Part shown: positions 9,631 to 18,426 of the stretch, piece by piece
How the letters are laid out: the number at the start of each line of letters is the position of its first letter
How positions within the stretch are numbered: position 1 is the stretch's first letter
Virus record (IMG/VR): IMGVR_UViG_3300045110_000277
Location: 22,080 to 86,079 of that record
Source of the DNA: a virus
Direction: 5' to 3' (one strand)
Length of the DNA: 64,000 bases
Translations under genes and position numbers: made by a program
The notes under the pieces: generated by a model
Told to the model about the DNA's origin: nothing
The model's input: the letters and a program-made list of their open reading frames with translations, nothing else
Database searches by the model: none

Positions 9631-10445
9631 TGGCGAACGCTGGGTCGTTCACCACCGGCACCGGCCCGCGCTCGGGCTCGGCCAACCGGGCCAAGCAGCT
9701 GAGCTGGGGCGTCGGCAACTACGAGTTCCTGGACTCCGAGGCGTCCAAGGTCAACCTGTACTGGCGGGCCATCGAGTACGGCTCCGACGTGATGGTCGGC
9801 CGGTTCCTGGGCGGTGGCTGGGCCGGGGCCGGCGGCGGTCGGGGCGCTCGGCACGGCCAGGAGCTGACCGCCTTCGGCGAGGGCTCCGGCCAGCAGTTCA
9901 TCCCGTACTCGGCCACGATGCGGACCTTCGAGGATGCCCTGCACTCGGCGCGGGCCGCTCGTGAGGTGATGCGCGCCCAGGGCGCCCACTTCGGCGGCCG
10001 CACCGGCAAGGTCGGTAAGGGCAACCCGGGCCCCTCGACGCTGGGCCTCATCACCAAGCCCATCGAGGCCCACGAGGCGTACGCCAAGGCGTTCAAGGAG
10101 TTCGACGTGGTGGCCCAGGAGCGGGAGGCCATCTACGCGGTCTTCGGGACCATCGTCCGGCAGGCCCAGACCCGCAGCGCCCCGCAGTACAAGGTCGGGG
10201 TCGCCAACATCCCGAACTTCATGACCGTCTCGGTGCTGTCCAGCATCAACCTGAAGAAGCTGGCCAACGACATGACCAGCGACGCCATCGGGTCCTTCTC
10301 CGAGCGGCTCACCGCGGTCCATCGGGAGCTGGCCATCCGGCTCCAGGAGCTGGTGGCCTCCAACCTCGTGCTCGTCCGACCGGGCGTGTCCAGCGGCCAG
10401 CTGAGGAGGGCGGTCCTCGACCCGCGAAACCGCTTCCCGCAGTAG
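9630..10445 (+). CDS. Hypothetical neck/tail completion-type protein
   Basis: Basic protein with YWRAIEYGS motif, between connector genes and tail tube. Confidence 0.45.
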   Translation: MANAGSFTTGTGPRSGSANRAKQLSWGVGNYEFLDSEASKVNLYWRAIEYGSDVMVGRFLGGGWAGAGGGRGARHGQELTAFGEGSGQQFIPYSATMRTFEDALHSARAAREVMRAQGAHFGGRTGKVGKGNPGPSTLGLITKPIEAHEAYAKAFKEFDVVAQEREAIYAVFGTIVRQAQTRSAPQYKVGVANIPNFMTVSVLSSINLKKLANDMTSDAIGSFSERLTAVHRELAIRLQELVASNLVLVRPGVSSGQLRRAVLDPRNRFPQ

Positions 10446-10452
10446 CCGGGCC

Positions 10453-10479
10453 AAGTTCGATCCCCGACTCCGCCGAAAC
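10453..10479 (+). promoter_or_regulatory. Candidate sigma28/WhiG-type late promoter for the major tail gene
   Basis: AAGT-N15-GCCGAAAC then AAGGAGG RBS. Confidence 0.55.
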
Positions 10480-10499
10480 CCCCTCCAAGGAGGCCACAG

Positions 10500-12158
10500 A
10501 TGGCGATCAAGGCTGGCAACATCGTCCACGTCGGTAACGACACGTACCTGATCAACCGCATCCAGACGGGCGGTCCCGGCCAGGTCAACATCAAGCGCGA
10601 GACGGTCCGAGAGGTCGGCAACTACCTCTCGGTCGGTCAGGTCGTGGACACTCCCGACCTGTCCTTCTCGCTGGAGTCCTACGACGTGAGCTGCGCCCTG
10701 GAGGCGCTGATGCTCGACGAGGACCCGACGATCACCCACACGTACGACCTCTCCGCCGCCGTGCCCCTGAACATCAAGGGCGCGTTCAAGGGCGGGCTGA
10801 CGGCGACCTCCCCGTACGCCACGGTCGACTCGGTGGCCATCCCGTACCTCCTGCTGGAGTCGATGGCCTACAAGTTCGGGCTCAAGACCGACGCCAGCCA
10901 GACGGCCACCCTGAAGGGTGACTCGATCTACTACAACCCGGGCTCGACGTACATCGAGTCTGCGGCCGGTCTCGGCCAGCCCGCGGTGGCCACGGTCACC
11001 AACAAGGCGCTGACCTCCAACGTCGCCACGCTGACGGTGGGCTCCTCGCACGGCATCGCGGTCGGCCACGTCATCACGGTGGCCGGCGTCGACTCCACGT
11101 TCAACGGGACCAACCTGGTCGTGACCGCGGTGGCCTCCACCACGATCAGCTACGCGGTCGTCCACGCGAACGTCGGCTCGACGGGCGCCTCGGGCACGGT
11201 CACCACGACCGGCCAGGAGATCGTCACGGCGCACGCGGCCTACGCGGTCACCGAGGGCGGCGTCGTCCGGCGCACGCTGTCGGTGGGCACCAAGACCCGC
11301 CGGCTGAACCTGGGCACCGACTACACCGAGACCTACGGCGGCGTCACCGCCGAGGCCGCGGTGACCACGGTCCACACCATCGGGGCTCTGGCGGCCACCG
11401 ACCGGCTGCGCATCATGTACGCCTCGCCCACGGTCGAGTCGTTCCTGCAGACGGTCCACGCGGTTGTCACGGGCACGGCGGGCACCATCACCGGGGCCAC
11501 CTCGGTGTCGGGCACCAGCCTCCTGGTCAACGCGACCGCGCTGTACGCCGTCGGCGACGTGATCATCATCGACGACGGGCTGGGCACGGTCGAGCTGGTC
11601 AAGGTGTCGGCCATCTCCGGGACGGTGGGTGCGCAGACGCTGACCGTCTCCGCGCTGACCCAGAACCACCTCGACGGGGCGGCCATCGCCACGTACGTGC
11701 CGACCGTCCGCCCGGCCGCGATCCGTGGGCGCGACATCGACGTGTACATCAACAGCGTCAAGAAGATCAGCGTCCAGAGCGTGGACCTGACCTGGAAGGT
11801 GACGCTGGAGCCGGACGAGGAGTTCGGCAACTACCACTACGTCGACCAGGACTTCGAGGTCCCCGACGTGTCCGGCACCATCGACTTCAAGCCGCGTGAC
11901 GCCGCGGAGATGCTGGCCCTGATGCAGCAGCTCGCGGGTGTCACCGACGCGCTGCAGTCGGCGCCGGCCACCTCGGCCCCCGCGATCCGCGTGGACATCT
12001 GCCTGAAGAACCCGGTCGACGGCCGGATCCTCAAGCGGCTGATGGTGCCGGACGCACGGTTCGACATGCCCGGCTACTCCGCGAAGGTCCTGCAGAAGCT
12101 GGACTTCTCGGCGAAGTTCACGTCCGACACCGGAGCCCTGACGGTCTCCGACAGCTGA
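10500..12158 (+). CDS. Major tail (tube) protein with inserted accessory domains
   Basis: Strong RBS, position before chaperone and tape measure; Thr/Val-rich central inserts. Confidence 0.7.
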   Translation: MAIKAGNIVHVGNDTYLINRIQTGGPGQVNIKRETVREVGNYLSVGQVVDTPDLSFSLESYDVSCALEALMLDEDPTITHTYDLSAAVPLNIKGAFKGGLTATSPYATVDSVAIPYLLLESMAYKFGLKTDASQTATLKGDSIYYNPGSTYIESAAGLGQPAVATVTNKALTSNVATLTVGSSHGIAVGHVITVAGVDSTFNGTNLVVTAVASTTISYAVVHANVGSTGASGTVTTTGQEIVTAHAAYAVTEGGVVRRTLSVGTKTRRLNLGTDYTETYGGVTAEAAVTTVHTIGALAATDRLRIMYASPTVESFLQTVHAVVTGTAGTITGATSVSGTSLLVNATALYAVGDVIIIDDGLGTVELVKVSAISGTVGAQTLTVSALTQNHLDGAAIATYVPTVRPAAIRGRDIDVYINSVKKISVQSVDLTWKVTLEPDEEFGNYHYVDQDFEVPDVSGTIDFKPRDAAEMLALMQQLAGVTDALQSAPATSAPAIRVDICLKNPVDGRILKRLMVPDARFDMPGYSAKVLQKLDFSAKFTSDTGALTVSDS

Positions 12159-12283
12159 TCTCGACGACGGCCGGGTGCGACCGGCCGTTGGCACCACCAC
12201 TGGAACTGGATGAGCGGCCGGGCCCCTTTGAAGCTGGGGGCTCGGCCGCTGCCCTAAGGGGCTGGACCCGAGACAGGAGAGCC

Positions 12284-13156
12284 ATGAGCACAGACTTCGC
12301 CCGGCTGACCGACCTCTTTCAGGAGGGCACGGTCCTGGAGCTGTCCAAGGGCGAGCAGACCATCACGGTCTGGATCAACAAGCTGAGCCCCTTCGAGATG
12401 GAGGAGGCCCGCCAGGACGGCCGCGTGGCGCGAGCCCGGCTGGTGCTGGCGCTGAAGGAGATCGGCTCCCCGGAGTACGTGCTGTTCCGGTCCTCGATGG
12501 ACGACATCTCCGACGAGGCGCTGATCCACACGCTGCTGGAGGCCCGCTCCAACGAGTGGGTCGCGCAGGCGGTCCGCGACATCCGCTCCGACAAGGACTG
12601 GACCGAGCGAGTCGAGGTGATCGAGCAGTCCAGCGAGCTGGTGGGGCGCCCGGCCGACGACCCCGAGGTCAAGCTGATGTCGAAGTTGGCCGTGGAGTAC
12701 ACCGAGCACGTCCAGCAGATGGCTGCGGACTCCCGCGAGGAGGAGAGGGCGGTGCTGCTGGGCGCCTCCCGGGCCCAGCTGGAAGCCAAGTACGAGGAGT
12801 CGTACCTGGAACAGCGCGGGCTGACTGCGTTCACCGTCGAGTACCAGCGCACCGAGGTCTTCCACGCCGTCCGCGAGTGCAAGGCGACCAGGCGCGACGA
12901 CACGTGGGACCACGACCTGTGCAACCACAACCAGCGGGTGTGCGCGAACCGGGAGGCGGTGGCGCAGCTGCCCGAGCGGGTCTGGCAGCTGATCCGGCAG
13001 GCCATCGTCGAGCTGAACATGCCCGTGGACGTTGCCCGTTTCATGGCCGCTCCGGCGAGTTCCTCCGCCTCGTTGGAGCAGCCAAGCGAAGCGGTGGAGG
13101 AGTCCACAGCCTCTATCCCGGAGGAGACCCCCGTCGAGCCGGCTGGGATCTCGTAA
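12284..13156 (+). CDS. Tail assembly chaperone (gpG-like)
   Basis: Between tail tube and tape measure; AGGAG RBS before ATG 12284. Confidence 0.7.
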   Translation: MSTDFARLTDLFQEGTVLELSKGEQTITVWINKLSPFEMEEARQDGRVARARLVLALKEIGSPEYVLFRSSMDDISDEALIHTLLEARSNEWVAQAVRDIRSDKDWTERVEVIEQSSELVGRPADDPEVKLMSKLAVEYTEHVQQMAADSREEERAVLLGASRAQLEAKYEESYLEQRGLTAFTVEYQRTEVFHAVRECKATRRDDTWDHDLCNHNQRVCANREAVAQLPERVWQLIRQAIVELNMPVDVARFMAAPASSSASLEQPSEAVEESTASIPEETPVEPAGIS

Positions 13157-13371
13157 CCGCCGCCAACGAAGCACTTCTGATCTTGGGGTACTGGGAGGTC
13201 CCCGAAGACGAGCAGCCACCGATGGAGCTGTACGGCAACGACGACCGGCTAGCCCAGTGGTGGGAGGACGTGAAGGCGATCCGGGCCGAGAAGTACAAGA
13301 CGCCGGGCAAGGAACCGCTCGAAGAAGTGCCCCTGATGCAGAACGAGCTGGAACTGCCGAAGTTCTGGTAG
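13040..13371 (+). CDS. Tail assembly chaperone extension (gpT-like, -1 frame)
   Basis: Protein-like -1 frame (EDEQPPMELYGNDDRLAQWWEDV) with no obvious own start. Confidence 0.55.
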
Positions 13372-13419
13372 CGGAGCAGACGCCAACGACCGTTGGCACC
13401 GAGACGAGGAGGTGACTGG

Positions 13420-16400
13420 GTGGCCGAGAACGTCGAAATCAACGTAACCGCCAACGCCTCGTCGCTCGGCACGGCTGCCGCGGACATCGAGCGCCTCGAC
13501 GCCGCGCTCGCGCTGCTGGGCAGCCGGTCGTCCGCCGGGGCCGCGGTCGCCGCCACCCTCGGTGAGATCGCCAGCGGGGCGGTCACCGCCACCGGCTTCC
13601 TGGAGGAGTTCCTCGCCACCGCCGAGAGCGGGTCCGCTGGGGCAGCCTCGGCGCTGCGCAGCCTCATCACCCAGGTCGAGGCGTACGTGGGCGCCCAGGA
13701 GGCCGCAGCGGTCGCCCAGCAGGCTGCCAATGGCGAGGCGGCGACCGCCTACGAGCGGGTCGTGCTGGGCGCTGGGGCGGCCGTACAGGCCACGGAGGCC
13801 CAGACCGCAGCGGTGACCCTGCTGACGGCCGCGAACGCGGAGCTGGCCAAGGTCGAGGCGCAGGTCTCCATCGAGCGCGAGCGGGCCGCGGCCAAGGCGT
13901 CCATCGCGGCGGCCCCGAACATCGGCACGAACGTCGCCGGCAACGCGGTCGGCTCTGCGGCCGGCATCGGCGGGTTCGTCGCCGGCCAGGACAGCCGCTT
14001 GAAGGACGCCGAGGCCCGCGCGATCCAGCTGCTCAACGAGCGCGGCGTCGCGGACGCCCAGCTGATCCTCTACACCACGGCGCTGGGCAAGGCCGCCCTG
14101 GCGGCGGTGGCCACCGAGGAAGCCTTCGTCGACATCCAGTCCAAGGACAACGCGGCCACCCAGACGCTGATCCGGTCCAAGAGCGCGGCGGTCGCAGCCC
14201 AGGACAAGCTGAACATCCTGGCCGCCGAGGACGTGTCCAGCGGCGGGCGCGGCCGGGGCGGCGGCAACTTCTCTGGGCTGTCGGACAGCTCCGGTGGCAG
14301 CTTCCTGGGCCAGCTCGGGACCACGTTCAAGTACATCGCCTTCTACCAGGTGTTCCAGCTGCTGCTGACCACGTTCAAGGACAGCGTGGAGGCGTCGGCC
14401 AACTACGACCGCGCGGTCACGAACCTGGGCATCGCGCTCGCGGGCACCGACGTGGACGCGGGCAACCTGGCGAACAGCCTGGGCCAGATCGGCACCCGGG
14501 CCGGCATCGCGGCGTCCGAGGCGGTCGCGGCCGGCACGCAGTACCGCCGGGCGTTCCCCTCCGCCGACCCGACGCAGGCGGCGCTGGCCGGCGCGAGCAC
14601 CATCTCGACGCTGGCCGTGATCGGTGACCCGAAGACGGCGCAGGCCAACAGCGCCGACGTGCTCGCGGTGCTGGCCAACTACAACCTCGGGATCGAGGGC
14701 ACCACCCGGGTGCTGGACGCGGCCACCGCTGCCGCGCAGGCGTTCGGGCTGTCCGGCCCCAACGACGTGCTGCCGGGCCTGGCCCAGATCTCCGACGTGG
14801 GCGCCGCGCAGGGCTTCTCGCCCGAGGAGCTGGCCGCCACCGTCGCCACCATCGTGCAGCGCACGTCGGAGACCAGTCAGGCCGCGGCCGGGGAGCTGCA
14901 GCGATTCCTGGGCCGTGAGGGCGGCAACGCCGTCCAGCAGGTCTTCGCCAGCTTCGGGGTCGACACGACCAAGAAGTTCGCCGACGAGCTGCGCCAGTTC
15001 GAGCCCATCTTCGAGCAGCTGACCGCGGCCCAGCAGCAGGCGGTCGTCTCCGAGCTGGGCGGTGGCCGGGCGGCCCCGGCCGTGCAGGCCGTGCTCGACA
15101 CGTACAAGCAGATCGAGCAGGTCGCCACCGCCGACAACGCGGGCAAGGCGCAGGAGCAGGAGATCGCCCGCCTGGCCGACCTGAAGGGCCTGCTGACCCA
15201 GATCGGCGGTGACTTCCAGGAGCTGTACAAGGACATCGGCTCGTCCGGCATCGGGGTCATCTTCGGGGTTGCCCTGCAGGAGCTGGACCCGCTGCTCAAG
15301 GGCGTCGATGACCTGCTCCAGCTGTGGAACGAGATGCCCGGCCCGATCAAGCAGATCACCGCGGCGGTCGTCGAGCTGTCGGTGGCGCTGGCGCTGCTCG
15401 GCAAGGGTGAGGGCGTCGGCCTGCTTGGGTCCATCGGCGCCGGTGGCTCCAAGGTGCTCGGCAAGCTCGGGCTGGGTGGGCTGCTCGGCGGCGGTGGCGA
15501 GGCGGCGGGACTCGCTGGAGCTGCGGGCGGCGACCTGTCAACGGTCATTGGCACCTCCGAGATCGGCGCTGCCACCGGTGGCCTGGAGGGCGTGGCGGCC
15601 GGTGGCGGGGCGGTGGCCACGCTGGTGCCGTACATCGCCCCGGCCATCGTCGGGCTGATCGCGCTCGGCGCGTGGAAGGACATCAACGACAAGACGAACA
15701 AGGCGATTGCCGACGCGGGCACCGCCAAGCAGCTGGACTCGGCGGACTCCGCTGCGGCGTACAAGGACCTGGCGTCGAAGTTCGCCACCGCCAAGACCGA
15801 GGTGCCGACCGGCTTCGTCACGTCGCTGTTCGGCAAGGGCGTCGAGAACGACCAGCTGATCGCCGACCTCGACAAGCTGCAGAAGTTCGCCGAGGCGCAG
15901 TCCAAGGCGTACTCCGACGCGGCAGCCGCACGGGGCACCGGCACGGCGTTCACCAACAACGGCGAGGTCGACTTCCAGGGCCTGTTCACCTCGCTGCACG
16001 GCTCGGGCCAGTCCAGCGCGGAGATGCTGAAGCAGCTCACCGACGCGATCTTCGGGCTGGGCGGTGCGGCGGGCACCACGGCGCAGCGACTGGTCAACGA
16101 CAAGGGCACCATCGACGCGCTCGCTCGCGGTGCGACGGCGACCGGTTTCGACAAGCTGTTCAATGAGCGGCTGCCGATCCCCGGTGGCCCGGTGGTCGCC
16201 TTCGACGGCATCGGCAACCCGGCCATCCCCGGCTCGCAGTCGGTGCAGTCGCCCAGCCTGAACGACCAGAACTCCCAGGCGCAGAAGCTGTTCGAGGCTG
16301 GCGTCAACGAGTCGATCACCAAGGCTGCCTCGACGCTGCCGGCCGGTGCGCCGCTGAACGCCAGCACCATCGCGGCGATGAAGGCGGCGGCCGACAAGTT

Positions 16401-17985
16401 CGCCGAGTCGACGTTCCCGAAGGCGCAGCTGCCGACGGCCATCAAGACGATCAACGACAACATCGACAAGACGTACGCGACCCTGCAGGCCGGGCTCGCC
16501 GCGCTCGCCAGCGGCAAGGGCATCAGCGACACCCAGCTCGCGTCGCTGTTCGGTGGCGGCGGCTACGTGCAGGCCGTGCAGGACACGATCTCCGGCATCG
16601 GCTCCCTGACCAACTTCGTGGAGCAGACCCGGCAGGGCAACCAGCTGCTGCTGACCGCCCAGCACGCCCTGCAGATCGCGCTGGCCAGCGGGAAGGCCGC
16701 CGACATCGACCAGGCCCGTGCCGGGCTGGCGCTGGCCCAGGCACAGGTCGACCAGCAGGCGGTGTCCAACGCGCAGCAGCTGATCGCGCACATCAAGGCG
16801 ACGCAGGGCAACACGGCGCGGGCGCGGGCGGCCATCGTTCAGGTCGAGCGCCAGCTGGTGGGAACGCTCGCTGGTAACCAGGACGTAAACGGTCTCATCG
16901 CCGCGTTCGCCAACATGGACAAGGCGACCATCGCCTCGGTGGTGCGCTCCGCGGAGGCCGCGGTGCAGGCGGCGAAGGCGGCCGACGACGCGGCGAAGGA
17001 CATCATCGCCAAGAGCGCGGAGGCGGCCCAGCTTGCGGCCAACTACGCGGCCGGCTTCGGCGTCGCGCCGGCTACCGCTGCGGCGAACACCCCGGGCGCG
17101 AAGGCTGCGGACAAGGCGTACAACGATGCGCTGGCCCGGCTGGCGGCCATCAAGACCGCGGCCGGGGTGGCCTCTCCGAGCGGGTCGGACCTGAAGTTCC
17201 CGAAGCCCAGCGGTGGCGGCGACACGGCGGCGCAGATCGCTGCGGCCAAGGCGTCGGCTGCGGCCATCGCCGGGGACGCGATCTCCGAGGCGCAGGCCGC
17301 GGTGAGGGCCGCGCAGATCAACCTCGGTGCGGCCAAGAAGGGCAGCGTCGAGTTCTACAACGACCTGAAGGCGCTGCACGACGCGCAGTACCAACTGGCC
17401 ACCGCCGAGCAGACCCTGGCCAACCAGGCGCTGGCGCTGCGCGGCGACGTGACGGACCCGCTCGTGCAGGCCCGGGACAAGGTGATCGCCGACCGCAACA
17501 AGCTGGCGTACGACCGGGCGCGCGGGGCGAACACGACCGCGGATGCCTTGCAGCTCAAGCAGGATCAGGCCGCGCAGGAGAAGACGGCGTTCGAGCAGAA
17601 GTTCTCCGACGAGCAGACCGCGTACCAGCTGAACCAGATCAGCTACCAGAGCTACATCAACTACCTGGAGGCCCAGCACAACCTGCTGACGGCCGTTCAC
17701 AAGAAGACCCGCGACCAGATCGACGAGCTCAACCAGGTCGACTCGGCGTTGCAGGCCGCGCAGCAGCAGCTGTCCGGCCAGTTCAACATCGGCGCGATCC
17801 AGCTGCCGACCATCTACGAGGTGCGTCGGTCCATCGCGGCAACGGCCGCTGGCACCACGTACCAGGGCTCGACGCAGAACACGATCTACATCACCGGCAC
17901 GGACACCGCTGCCGTCAAGAAGGTCATCCAGGACGTGCTGGGCCCCACCGCCTCGCAGACGCGCACCGTCGCCGGAAGGAAGTAA
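13420..17985 (+). CDS. Tape measure protein
   Basis: About 1520 aa, Ala/Gly-rich and helical; AGGAGG RBS before GTG 13420. Confidence 0.9.
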   Translation: MAENVEINVTANASSLGTAAADIERLDAALALLGSRSSAGAAVAATLGEIASGAVTATGFLEEFLATAESGSAGAASALRSLITQVEAYVGAQEAAAVAQQAANGEAATAYERVVLGAGAAVQATEAQTAAVTLLTAANAELAKVEAQVSIERERAAAKASIAAAPNIGTNVAGNAVGSAAGIGGFVAGQDSRLKDAEARAIQLLNERGVADAQLILYTTALGKAALAAVATEEAFVDIQSKDNAATQTLIRSKSAAVAAQDKLNILAAEDVSSGGRGRGGGNFSGLSDSSGGSFLGQLGTTFKYIAFYQVFQLLLTTFKDSVEASANYDRAVTNLGIALAGTDVDAGNLANSLGQIGTRAGIAASEAVAAGTQYRRAFPSADPTQAALAGASTISTLAVIGDPKTAQANSADVLAVLANYNLGIEGTTRVLDAATAAAQAFGLSGPNDVLPGLAQISDVGAAQGFSPEELAATVATIVQRTSETSQAAAGELQRFLGREGGNAVQQVFASFGVDTTKKFADELRQFEPIFEQLTAAQQQAVVSELGGGRAAPAVQAVLDTYKQIEQVATADNAGKAQEQEIARLADLKGLLTQIGGDFQELYKDIGSSGIGVIFGVALQELDPLLKGVDDLLQLWNEMPGPIKQITAAVVELSVALALLGKGEGVGLLGSIGAGGSKVLGKLGLGGLLGGGGEAAGLAGAAGGDLSTVIGTSEIGAATGGLEGVAAGGGAVATLVPYIAPAIVGLIALGAWKDINDKTNKAIADAGTAKQLDSADSAAAYKDLASKFATAKTEVPTGFVTSLFGKGVENDQLIADLDKLQKFAEAQSKAYSDAAAARGTGTAFTNNGEVDFQGLFTSLHGSGQSSAEMLKQLTDAIFGLGGAAGTTAQRLVNDKGTIDALARGATATGFDKLFNERLPIPGGPVVAFDGIGNPAIPGSQSVQSPSLNDQNSQAQKLFEAGVNESITKAASTLPAGAPLNASTIAAMKAAADKFAESTFPKAQLPTAIKTINDNIDKTYATLQAGLAALASGKGISDTQLASLFGGGGYVQAVQDTISGIGSLTNFVEQTRQGNQLLLTAQHALQIALASGKAADIDQARAGLALAQAQVDQQAVSNAQQLIAHIKATQGNTARARAAIVQVERQLVGTLAGNQDVNGLIAAFANMDKATIASVVRSAEAAVQAAKAADDAAKDIIAKSAEAAQLAANYAAGFGVAPATAAANTPGAKAADKAYNDALARLAAIKTAAGVASPSGSDLKFPKPSGGGDTAAQIAAAKASAAAIAGDAISEAQAAVRAAQINLGAAKKGSVEFYNDLKALHDAQYQLATAEQTLANQALALRGDVTDPLVQARDKVIADRNKLAYDRARGANTTADALQLKQDQAAQEKTAFEQKFSDEQTAYQLNQISYQSYINYLEAQHNLLTAVHKKTRDQIDELNQVDSALQAAQQQLSGQFNIGAIQLPTIYEVRRSIAATAAGTTYQGSTQNTIYITGTDTAAVKKVIQDVLGPTASQTRTVAGRK

Positions 17986-17988
17986 CCC

Positions 17989-18420
17989 ATGATCCACAAG
18001 GTGTATGGCAGCTCGCTGATCACCATGGTGAACGGCGAGTGGGCCTTCATCGGCGGCTCCGTCAAGGCGCTGCTGTGCTCCGCCTCGTACACGCCGAACC
18101 AGGACACGCACAAGTACCGCAGCGACCTCACCAACGAGCTGAGCACCGCTGGTGGCTACACCGCGGGCGGCGTCGTGCTGGGCACCAAGAGCACGCCGTA
18201 CACGGCGCTGACCAAGACGATGGCGTTGCTGTGCGCCAACATCGTCTACTCGGCGGTCACCCTGTCGGCGCGGTACTGCATCATCTACCTCGACACCGGG
18301 GTGAGCGGCACGAGTCCGCTGATCAGCTACATCGACTTCGGGTCCACGCAGTCACCGTCGAGCCAGAACCTCCAGCTGACCATCAACGCCGCCGGGCTGA
18401 TCACCTACCAGGTGGCGTAG
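17989..18420 (+). CDS. Minor tail protein
   Basis: VKALLC...YTPNQDTH...GYTAGG..L...PLISYIDFG family motif. Confidence 0.7.
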   Translation: MIHKVYGSSLITMVNGEWAFIGGSVKALLCSASYTPNQDTHKYRSDLTNELSTAGGYTAGGVVLGTKSTPYTALTKTMALLCANIVYSAVTLSARYCIIYLDTGVSGTSPLISYIDFGSTQSPSSQNLQLTINAAGLITYQVA

Positions 18421-18426
18421 CCGCCG

